From Solirubrobacterales bacterium (GTDB lineage Bacteria; Actinomycetota; Thermoleophilia; Solirubrobacterales; 70-9), in contig JBKJZF010000132.1 of NCBI GenBank assembly GCA_046715315.1, positions 1 through 24,902 on the forward strand: 24,902 nucleotides of DNA. The letters are read 5' to 3'. Numbering within the stretch: the stretch's first letter is position 1; the number at the start of each line of letters is the position of its first letter. This document shows, in pieces, positions 1 to 8,003 of the stretch. Made by a program: the position numbers and the translations under genes. Below the pieces are notes generated by a model, which had not been told where the DNA came from, did not search any database, and saw nothing but the letters and a program-made list of their open reading frames with translations.

Positions 1-50
1 TACCGCGTCTGGGCGCCGGGGTCACCCCATCCGGTGCTCGAACGGTCCAT
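1..50 (-). CDS. Possible 5' end of the next gene (MDRSSTGWGDPGAQTR...), running off the window
   Basis: ATG at 50-48, 11 nt downstream of the hydrolase stop, with GAGG 5 nt upstream. Open to the window edge but only 16 codons are visible. Confidence 0.3.
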   Translation of the reverse strand, partial: MDRSSTGWGDPGAQTR

Positions 51-61
51 GGCGGCCTCGG

Positions 62-2272
62 CTACTTCTTGATCTTGAAGTTCCAGGCGGCGGGCGTAGG
101 ATCGACGTTCGTGTCCACGTCGGTCGCCTGCACCTCGAAGTGGTGGCTGCCCGGCGAGAGGCTGTACTCCTGGGGCGCGGTGCACGGCGCGAACGCCTCG
201 CCGTCGAGGCGGCACTCATAGGTCGAGCCGACGTCGCTGGACATGAACTCGAAGCTCACGTCCCGCTTGTGAGTCGACTTCGCGGGCTTGTTCGTGATCC
301 GCGTGCGCGGCGAGCCGTCGTCGAACCCGGTCGCCAGTTGCGTGCCTCTTGGCAGCCGCTTCTGCGCCGGCTCCTGGACGAGGCCGCCGAGCGCGCCGGG
401 AGCCTCCAGGGTCGGAAGGCGCAGCTCGAGGTTGCGCACCTGCACCTTCTTCTGGCCGTCCGAGACCGCCCCGTAGGGCCAGTCCTGCGGCGCCAGCTCG
501 AGCTTGGCCACGTGGCCGGCCTCGAACAGGTAGCCGTTCGGGTTCAGCTGGAACACCTGGCGCGAGAACTCGTTGCCGGTCACCTTCGGGCGCCAGAGGC
601 CGCGGGCGACGAGCGTCTGCTGCCCGTCGGGGGCGACGTCCAGCAGGCGCGCGGCGACCTGCGAGTTTTCGCCGGAGAGCGCGAAGTCCGCGACCACGGT
701 GGGCGAGCCCATCAGCATGTAGCCGCCGGCCGGGATCGCGGCCGAGCGGAAGTTCGCCGTCGCGGGGTTGTCCGCCGCGTCGGTGCGCTGGCAGGCGACG
801 GCCGTCGGGGGGCCGCCGGGGAATGCCGGGGCGGCGCCGAAGAGGACGCCATACTGGGTGCCGTCGGTGGCGATCTTCTGCGCCGCCGGCGAGTCGATCA
901 CGACCTCGCCGGGAGCCAACTCGGCGTAGCTGGGGGCGGTGAACGGCCCGCCCGGCGCCGCCGACGAGGGGCAGGTCTGGGTCAGCGTTTGGACCTGGTC
1001 CGCGGGCTCTGAGCCCTCGCCCTTGACGTAGTAGGCGAGCCAGGCGTCCTCGGCGCTGCTGATCGCGTTGATCGTCGCGATCTTGGCCCCGCCCGCGCCA
1101 CCGTTCTGGCCGCGCGGATGGCCGTAGTCGGCGAAGTTGAGCGCGATCGGGGCGCCCGGATAGGTGGTGCGGGTGCGGTTGTAGTAGCGCAGCGCCTCGT
1201 TCGCGGGGAACAGGTCGTCGGTCCAGCCGCTGGTGATCATCAGCGGAGCCGGCGCCTCGGAGTCGTCGATCCCGTAGGAGGAATGGTGGGTCGAGAGCTC
1301 TTCCTGCGCGTCCTGCGCGATCGCGCTGTCGTCGAACGGGCCGCCGCTGTTGAACTCGTTACGCCAGCCCGGCAGGTTCGCGTCAGGGTCGGTGTCTGAG
1401 TAGAAGCCGGCCAGGAAGCCGCCCGTGTAGAGGGTCTCGATGTAGGCCTGCTTGGGGACGCCCGTGCGCTTGACCCCGCTGAAGTAGGAGGCGTCGGCGA
1501 CGTAGTCGAGCGCGCTGCCGTTGGGCACCAGCGAGGAGGCGAGGTCGGTCCAGGGGATCTCGGGCGCGGCGCCGGCGATCTCCAGCGGCGTGCCGTCCGG
1601 GCTCTCCCAGTCGACAAGCGAGCCGTCGGGCATCATCTGGCGGTCCTTGAGCGCCGCCAGGGCCATCGACATGCCGCCGCCGTAGGAGCCGCCGGTGGCA
1701 CCGATCTTGCCGGGATCGACCAGGCCCTCGTCGACGAGCAGGCCGATCAAGTCCTGCGCGTCGCGGACCTCGTAGCGGGTGTCCATCAGGCGCACGTAGC
1801 CGTCGGCGCAGGCGGTCGGGTCGAACACCCGGGAGGCGAGCGAGCCGCAGGACTCGCCGAAGCCGCGGGTGCTCATCGAGAACACCGCGTAGCCCTGGTT
1901 GAGGAAGCGGCGCATGGTGCTGTTGAGGGTGATCTTGGAGCCGGCGTAGCCGTGGTAGATGCCGATCAGCGGGTAGTTGTCGTCGTCGCCGGAGGCGGGC
2001 GGGAAGGCGACATTGACGTCGATCGGGACTCCGTCGAAGGCCTCGACCGTGGTCCGGTCGGGCTCGTTGCCCGGGTCGGGGGTGGTGTCGCGGGAGCCGC
2101 AGAAGCGGATGCCGGCGTCGGCGTCGGTCAGGACCTCGCAGGCCACCGGGGTCGGCGTGTCGGTGAAGACGCTGGTGATCTCGGCCTGGGCGGACGGCGC
2201 CAGGGCCAGCCCGGCGAAGGCGACGCCGATCGCGCTTGCGCGCACCGCGCCCCTTCGGGCACCCCGAATCAC
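62..2272 (-). CDS. Secreted CocE/NonD (peptidase S15-like) alpha/beta hydrolase with C-terminal beta-sandwich domain, about 736 aa
   Basis: Nucleophile motif GATGGSYGGG, with candidate Asp (WTDDLFP) and His (YGHPRG). N-terminal signal peptide with AQA cleavage (MIRGARRG...APSAQA/EIT). CocE-like C-terminal jelly-roll region (ARLLDVAPDG...VARG). Last ~80 aa have the ECRLDG..F..C..P..Y..L..G.H.F.V.A.D pattern. Start placed at GTG 2272 after GAGGCAGGGA rather than at the ORF-track start 2389. Confidence 0.8.
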   Translation of the reverse strand: MIRGARRGAVRASAIGVAFAGLALAPSAQAEITSVFTDTPTPVACEVLTDADAGIRFCGSRDTTPDPGNEPDRTTVEAFDGVPIDVNVAFPPASGDDDNYPLIGIYHGYAGSKITLNSTMRRFLNQGYAVFSMSTRGFGESCGSLASRVFDPTACADGYVRLMDTRYEVRDAQDLIGLLVDEGLVDPGKIGATGGSYGGGMSMALAALKDRQMMPDGSLVDWESPDGTPLEIAGAAPEIPWTDLASSLVPNGSALDYVADASYFSGVKRTGVPKQAYIETLYTGGFLAGFYSDTDPDANLPGWRNEFNSGGPFDDSAIAQDAQEELSTHHSSYGIDDSEAPAPLMITSGWTDDLFPANEALRYYNRTRTTYPGAPIALNFADYGHPRGQNGGAGGAKIATINAISSAEDAWLAYYVKGEGSEPADQVQTLTQTCPSSAAPGGPFTAPSYAELAPGEVVIDSPAAQKIATDGTQYGVLFGAAPAFPGGPPTAVACQRTDAADNPATANFRSAAIPAGGYMLMGSPTVVADFALSGENSQVAARLLDVAPDGQQTLVARGLWRPKVTGNEFSRQVFQLNPNGYLFEAGHVAKLELAPQDWPYGAVSDGQKKVQVRNLELRLPTLEAPGALGGLVQEPAQKRLPRGTQLATGFDDGSPRTRITNKPAKSTHKRDVSFEFMSSDVGSTYECRLDGEAFAPCTAPQEYSLSPGSHHFEVQATDVDTNVDPTPAAWNFKIKK

Positions 2273-2338
2273 TCCCTGCCTCACCGGCTGACCTCCTTGT
2301 CGCGGCCCGCGGGCGGCGGGCCTCTGAGCTGTGCCGGG

Positions 2339-2344
2339 ATGATA
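2339..2344 (-). promoter_or_regulatory. Candidate -10 element (TATCAT) for the hydrolase gene
   Basis: TAnnnT hexamer between the helicase terminator and the hydrolase start, implying a ~60 nt leader. No clear -35. Confidence 0.4.
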
Positions 2345-2371
2345 GCCGCGCGGCTCCGCCCGGTCGGCGCG

Positions 2372-2408
2372 AAAAGGCCCGGACGTCACGCCTTTGCGCG
2401 CCCGGGCC
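2372..2408 (-). terminator. Intrinsic terminator downstream of the DEAD-box helicase
   Basis: Minus strand GGCCCGGGCG-CGC-AAAG-GCG-TGA-CGTCCGGGCC-TTTT: a GC-rich stem using G-U pairs on this strand, followed by U4, beginning 7 nt after the helicase stop. Confidence 0.65.
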
Positions 2409-2415
2409 GAGCTGA

Positions 2416-3669
<1,254 letters not shown>

Positions 3670-3805
3670 ATGGGTGTACTCCTTCCACGGCTCTCTGGCC
3701 GCGGGGCGATTCGGAGAGTTCGACTGACCCGAACCGCGCTCTGAGCGCACCGGAAGTGAGACGAAACCTCACGGACAACTGTTGTCCGTCTCGATGACCG
3801 TAGCA
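3670..3805 (-). promoter_or_regulatory. Extended -10 promoter (TGcTACGGT, 3805-3797) and ~120 nt structured 5' leader of the helicase
   Basis: Perfect palindrome ACGGACAAC-N-GTTGTCCGT (3771-3789), hairpin GTGAG/CTCAC (3756-3772) and hairpin GCGCTC-N-GAGCGC (3736-3748) lie between the -10 and the SD. Confidence 0.5.
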
Positions 3806-3854
3806 GGGAGCCGCCCCGGATCCGTGATTACGAGGGGGATTGCAAGGCGACGGC

Positions 3855-3860
3855 TAGACT
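3855..3860 (+). promoter_or_regulatory. Candidate -10 (TAGACT) for the MpsC-like gene, divergent from the helicase promoter
   Basis: Typical actinobacterial TAnnnT hexamer ~85 nt upstream of ATG 3947. No good -35 at 17 bp spacing. Confidence 0.35.
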
Positions 3861-3946
3861 CGTTGCAGCTGCCCGCTGGGTTCAGTTCGTCCCCCCTCGG
3901 CCCTCGAGCATGCCCATTTCGAGGAGGACGAGAGAGTGAGGTCGGC

Positions 3947-4321
3947 ATGCCCGACCTACAGGAGACCCCCCAGCCGCCCGACCTTCGGGCAGAGCTCGGA
4001 AGATCGCTGTCGACGGTCTGGAGCCGCTACGCCGGAGCCCGGCCGGAGAGCTCGAAGACCGAGGTCGAGGGCGACGTCGTCCGCTGGATCCTGGCCGACG
4101 GCGCCGGCGAGCTGAAGAAGGGCATGGACGCCGCCGCGCTTCCGGTCGAGGGGGAAGCCCCCGGCCCGACGCGAACCGTCGCCGGCTACAAGCGCGAGAT
4201 GTCGGTCGCCGTCACCAGGGCGACCCACCGCCGGGTCGTCGCGCTGATCCGCAAGGACGACGAGAAGACCGGCGTCGCCTCGGAGACCTTCATCCTGGAG
4301 CGCATGCGCGCGAAGCAGTGA
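3947..4321 (+). CDS. Divergent MpsC/DUF2294-like protein, 124 aa
   Basis: Pattern resembles DUF2294: N-terminal helix ending YAGARPESSKTEVEGDVVRWIL (compare GRGP...DxVVxxL) and C-terminal AVTRATHRRVVALIRKDDEKTGVASETFILE (compare VExxTGRxVxAFxS...ExFxL). Codon usage fits high-GC coding. Family assignment is from memory of the pattern. Confidence 0.6.
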   Translation: MPDLQETPQPPDLRAELGRSLSTVWSRYAGARPESSKTEVEGDVVRWILADGAGELKKGMDAAALPVEGEAPGPTRTVAGYKREMSVAVTRATHRRVVALIRKDDEKTGVASETFILERMRAKQ

Positions 4322-4328
4322 GCTGGGG

Positions 4329-5270
4329 CTAGGTGGCCTCGCGCCAGGCGTCCAGCGAGTCTCCGCCCGCCAGTCGCCGCAGCGCCTGCGCCTCGAGCTG
4401 GCGGGCGCGCTCCTGGGTGATACCCAGGGCCCCGCCGACCTCGCGCAGGGTGGCCTCGGCCTGACCGCCGGTGCCGAAGCGCATCTTCAGCACCTGCTTC
4501 TCGGGCTCCGGCAGCGTCGAGAGCGCGGCCTCCACCGCGTGCTCGCGCTCGCGGTCGAGGACCTCGTCCTCGAGCCGCGGCGCCTCCTCATCGGCGCGCA
4601 GCTCGCCCAGCGTCGTCTCGCTGTCGCCGCTGACCGCGGCGTCGAGGCTGGTCGTCACCCGGGTGAGGTCACGCAGTGCGGTGACCTCCTCGAGCGAGAA
4701 CTTCGAGTTGGCGGCCAGCTCCTCCTCGGTCGGCACGCGGTCGAGCTTGGCGGTCAGCTCCGACTCGGCCCGGTTCAGGTTCCGCACCTGCTGGGCCACG
4801 TGGGCGGGCACCCGAATCGGGCGGCCGGTGTTGTCCAGGCCGCGCTGAATCGACTGCCGGATCCACAGCGTCGCGTAGGTCGAGAACTTGTAGCCGCGGC
4901 GCCAATCGAACTTCTCGGCAGCACGGATCAGGCCTGGCATCGCCTCCTGGACGAGGTCCTGGAGGGGAAGGCCGAAGCCCTGGTAGCGGCGCGCGATCGA
5001 GACCACGAGCCTCAGGTTCGAGTTGACCAGGCGCTCCTTGGACTGGAGGTCGCCACGCTCGACGCCCTTGGCGAGCTCGATCTCCTCGGCAGCGCCCAGC
5101 AGCGGGTAGCGGCTGGCCTGGTTGAGGAACAGCTGGAAGCTCTCGGTCGTCTCGACATCGGCGCTGTGGCCTTCGCCCCGGCGCTCGGCATGCCCGGCGG
5201 GAACGTTCGTATGCTCACCACGGGCTCGGGTGCGGTTTCGGTTGTTCGCGGTTGTTCGGGCTCTACTCAT
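4329..5270 (-). CDS. RNA polymerase sigma-70 factor, RpoD/SigA family lacking region 1.1 (group-2-like), 313 aa
   Basis: Region 1.2 (FLNQASRYPLLGAAEEIELAK), region 2 (NLRLVVSIARRY; DLVQEAMPGLIRAAEKFD; YKFSTYATLWIRQSIQR), region 3 (IRVPAHV...PTEEELA; TSLDAAV) and region 4.2 HTH (TLREVG...ITQERARQLE). ATG 5270 follows the SD AAAGGAA. Confidence 0.93.
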   Translation of the reverse strand: MSRARTTANNRNRTRARGEHTNVPAGHAERRGEGHSADVETTESFQLFLNQASRYPLLGAAEEIELAKGVERGDLQSKERLVNSNLRLVVSIARRYQGFGLPLQDLVQEAMPGLIRAAEKFDWRRGYKFSTYATLWIRQSIQRGLDNTGRPIRVPAHVAQQVRNLNRAESELTAKLDRVPTEEELAANSKFSLEEVTALRDLTRVTTSLDAAVSGDSETTLGELRADEEAPRLEDEVLDREREHAVEAALSTLPEPEKQVLKMRFGTGGQAEATLREVGGALGITQERARQLEAQALRRLAGGDSLDAWREAT

Positions 5271-5465
5271 TCGGTTCCTTTCCGGTGCTCTGCCTGGGCG
5301 CGCCGTCTGCCGCACGGGCCCTCGCAAGGGGACCTCGCCCGACCAAAAAAACACCGGCCGCCTCGCAAATCGAAGGGCGAAACCACCCCAGGCGTCCCGT
5401 CGCCTGCACGAACTCCGTTCAGGCGACAAAAAGCCGACCCGGGACCTGCCTCCCCGAGTGGAACT
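5271..5465 (-). ncRNA. Putative ~195 nt structured 5' leader (cis-regulatory RNA) of the sigma factor
   Basis: Hairpin ACUCGGG/CCCGGGU (5459-5437) followed by U5, 8-bp GC stem GUCGCCUG/CAGGCGAC (5427-5399), U7 tract (5351-5345), and alternative helices next to or over the SD. Confidence 0.5.
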
Positions 5466-5471
5466 ATCAAA

Positions 5472-5500
5472 AGTATAGCAAGGAATAATTGCGCGGTCAA
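5472..5500 (-). promoter_or_regulatory. Near-consensus housekeeping-sigma promoter of the sigma factor gene
   Basis: TTGACC (5500-5495), 17-bp spacer, TGc extended motif, TATACT (5477-5472). It lies in the most AT-rich patch of the window. Confidence 0.85.
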
Positions 5501-5557
5501 GCAGTGATTTCGCGGCCGAAAAAGGGGCGCCGGCGGGGCCCGGGGGCATACTTGTTA

Positions 5558-6604
5558 GTGCTGATGGCGCTTTCGAACAGCCCTGCCTGGCAGGCCGCGG
5601 CGGCGCGCGGCCGGCGCCTGGGAGGCTGGATTCGCGCCCATCCGACCATCGTCAGCGTGGTCGGCAGCCTGGTCGTCGCGGCGGCCCTGGTGATCGGGCT
5701 GTGGGACAAGCGCGACGACTTCGCCGGCGCCTTCTCCGACGCCTCGGCGCTGGTCCTCGCCGGCGCCGTGCTCTTACAGGTGATCTGGCTGATCGCCCGC
5801 AGCGAGGCGTGGCACGTCTGCGTCGGCGCGGCCGGTGGCCGCGTCGGGCGACGGCCCCTCTACCGGGCGGCCAGCGTCGGCTATCTCGGCAACCTCTCCA
5901 ACAGCAGCTTCGGCCTCGCGGTCCGGATCGCGACCCTACGGCGCTCGTCTCCGGCCGACAGCCCGCGGGCCTCGGTGCTGGTCGCCGCCGAGCTGCCGAT
6001 CGTCGTCATCGAGATCGGCCTCGCGGCCCTGCTCTCGTTCACCCTGATCGCGCCGCTTGGGATCCCGTGGTGGGTGCCCCCGACGTGCCTGGCTGTCGCC
6101 GCCGTGGTGGGCGGCGGGGTCACCCATTTCCTCCGCGGCCGCCGCCAGGGCTTTTGGAAAGGGCTCGAGGTGATGCGCGGGCTGCAGAGTCGCAACACGA
6201 TCATCGGCCTGGTGATGTTCGCGACCGGCGCCCAGGTGCTCCGCAACTGGCTGGTGCTCGAGGGGATCGGAGTCGATGTCTCGCTGCTCGACTCGGTGGC
6301 CCTGCTGATCGCCGCTGCGGCGGTGGGCCTGCTGCCGGTCGGCCCCAGCCTCGGCGCCGCCACCGCGGTCTTGATCCTGGGCTCGAACGGGGTCGCGGTG
6401 GTGGCTGCGGCCGGGGCCCTGCTGACCGTCACCGGTGCGGTCGGCGCGCTCTGCTTCGCCGCCTGGGCGCTGGCCGACCGCCTTGCCCGGCGGGGGAGGC
6501 CGGACCTGGCTGCCGCGGCCTCAGCTGTCGTAGCCGAGCCCGAGCCGATCGAGCATCCGCAGCCACAGCCCGCGCCTGCCCTGGCGGCGGTCCGCGGCGG
6601 CTAG
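5558..6604 (+). CDS. Lysylphosphatidylglycerol-synthase TM / flippase-like (UPF0104-like) membrane protein, ~348 aa
   Basis: Multiple hydrophobic segments and the family-like pattern LRAEAW...YLGNLS...GLAVRI...GLLP.GP.LG. Start at GTG 5558 (5 nt after CATACT, leaderless geometry) or ATG 5564. Confidence 0.7.
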   Translation: MLMALSNSPAWQAAAARGRRLGGWIRAHPTIVSVVGSLVVAAALVIGLWDKRDDFAGAFSDASALVLAGAVLLQVIWLIARSEAWHVCVGAAGGRVGRRPLYRAASVGYLGNLSNSSFGLAVRIATLRRSSPADSPRASVLVAAELPIVVIEIGLAALLSFTLIAPLGIPWWVPPTCLAVAAVVGGGVTHFLRGRRQGFWKGLEVMRGLQSRNTIIGLVMFATGAQVLRNWLVLEGIGVDVSLLDSVALLIAAAAVGLLPVGPSLGAATAVLILGSNGVAVVAAAGALLTVTGAVGALCFAAWALADRLARRGRPDLAAAASAVVAEPEPIEHPQPQPAPALAAVRGG

Positions 6605-7969
6605 CCGGCTGCGGGTCAGCTCGATCGACGCCCAGCGCAGGGGCTCGGGCGGGAACGGAAACGGGCGACTCCGGATCGCCTTCAGGCGGGTGGCCTCGGT
6701 CCGGCGCCCGTCGAGGAGGTCCAGGGCCATCCGCGCGCCGAAGCGGCTGGCACCCACGCCGAGCCCGGTGTGCCCGACCGTATAGGCGACCCGCCCCGAG
6801 CGGACGAGCCCGTTGAAGGCGAAGAACCGGCTGCAGGTGTCGATCGCCCCGCCCCAGCGATGGCTGAAGCGGATCCCCTCGAGCTGGGGGAAGGTGATGA
6901 AGAAGTGCCGGGAGAGCCGGGCGAAGCTCCGATCTCGCTGTTCGAGCTCGGGCCGCAGGCCGTTGCCGAAGTGGTAGATCGCGTCGTAGCCGCCCCAGAG
7001 GACCCGGTCGTCGGCCGTCAGCCGGTAGTAGTGGAACTGGTTCGCCGAATCCGACACGCCCTGGCGGCGGCGCCAGCCGAGCGAGCTTCGCTGCGTGTCG
7101 CTGAGCGGCTCGGTGACCAGCACGTAGTCGTACACCGGGACGATCCTGCGCCGGATCTCCGGCACCAGCCCGGGAAAGGCGCTGGTCGCGAGCACAACCG
7201 CTTCGGCGTCGAGCGTTGCCGAGGGCCCCACCAGGCGCACCGCCGAGCCGGAGCTGTGGAGGCGATCGACGGGCGAGCGCTCGTAGATTCGGACGCCCAT
7301 CTCCAGGGCGGCGCGCCGCAGGCCCCAGCAGAGCTTCGCCGGGTCGAGCGTCCCCGAGCCGCTGCGCTGCCACATCCCCGAGCGGTAGGTCGGCGAGCGC
7401 ACCTCGTCTCGCATCCGCTCGCCGTCGAACAGCTCGACATCGTGGCCGAGGTGCGAGAGCTTGGACGCCTCCTCGGCCAGCCAGCCCGACTCGTGCGCAG
7501 CCAGCGCGACCGCGATGTCGCCCTCGAGCTCGAGGTCGCAGTCGATGCCGAGGCGGCGGATCGTCTCCACCGCGCCGTCGAAGTTGGCGAGGCCGAGGCG
7601 CTCGAGGGCCGGCATCTCGTCCGCAAAGCGGCTGAGGCCGTTGGAGAGCCCGTGGGTGAGCGAGGACGAGAAGAAGCCGCCGTTGCGGCCGCTGGCGGCG
7701 TGCGCGATCCGCTCGCCCTCGATCAGGACGACGTCGCGGCCGGGGTCGTCCTCCTTGGCCTGCAGCGCCGCCCAGAGGCCGCTGAGCCCGCCGCCCACCA
7801 CCGCCAGCTCGCACCCCTCGCGGCCGTCGAGCCCGGGGCTCGGAGGCGGTGCGTCCGGGCTGTCGAGCCAGAACGGGACCGGCTCCGCCTCGGCGTAGGC
7901 GGCCCGGTCGCGGTCGCTGGGTGGGCCGGAGCCCCACGGCGACGAGGCGGCCTGCTCAGGGATGGTCAC
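6521..7969 (-). CDS. FAD-dependent oxidoreductase, DAO/DadA family (PuuB/OrdL-like), ~482 aa
   Basis: VVGGGLSGLWAAL FAD-binding motif, ASGRNGGF, DPAKL, WGGAID, GHTGLGVG, C-terminal LDRLGLGYDS. GTG 7969 lies 6 nt after TACGTT. Substrate not determinable. Confidence 0.88.
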   Translation of the reverse strand: MTIPEQAASSPWGSGPPSDRDRAAYAEAEPVPFWLDSPDAPPPSPGLDGREGCELAVVGGGLSGLWAALQAKEDDPGRDVVLIEGERIAHAASGRNGGFFSSSLTHGLSNGLSRFADEMPALERLGLANFDGAVETIRRLGIDCDLELEGDIAVALAAHESGWLAEEASKLSHLGHDVELFDGERMRDEVRSPTYRSGMWQRSGSGTLDPAKLCWGLRRAALEMGVRIYERSPVDRLHSSGSAVRLVGPSATLDAEAVVLATSAFPGLVPEIRRRIVPVYDYVLVTEPLSDTQRSSLGWRRRQGVSDSANQFHYYRLTADDRVLWGGYDAIYHFGNGLRPELEQRDRSFARLSRHFFITFPQLEGIRFSHRWGGAIDTCSRFFAFNGLVRSGRVAYTVGHTGLGVGASRFGARMALDLLDGRRTEATRLKAIRSRPFPFPPEPLRWASIELTRSRLAAADRRQGRRGLWLRMLDRLGLGYDS

Positions 7970-8003
7970 TGCGCGAACGTAGCCACGACCGCGAGACTGA
8001 ACC

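Noticed and set aside
2240-2272. Twin-arginine (ARRG) in the hydrolase signal peptide
   Set aside because: It lacks the S/T-R-R-x-F-L context. Sec export is equally or more plausible.
3921-4115. Strong SD (GAGGAGG) 8 nt before an out-of-frame GTG at 3936, opening a ~59-codon ORF over the MpsC-like gene
   Set aside because: The product is Arg/Ser/Pro-rich with poor codon usage. It could be a regulatory overlapping uORF, but sequence alone gives no support.
5374-5400. AGGGCGAAACCA on the plus strand of the sigma leader also resembles c-di-GMP-I
   Set aside because: It is on the wrong strand for the sigma mRNA, and the remaining consensus elements are missing or out of order.
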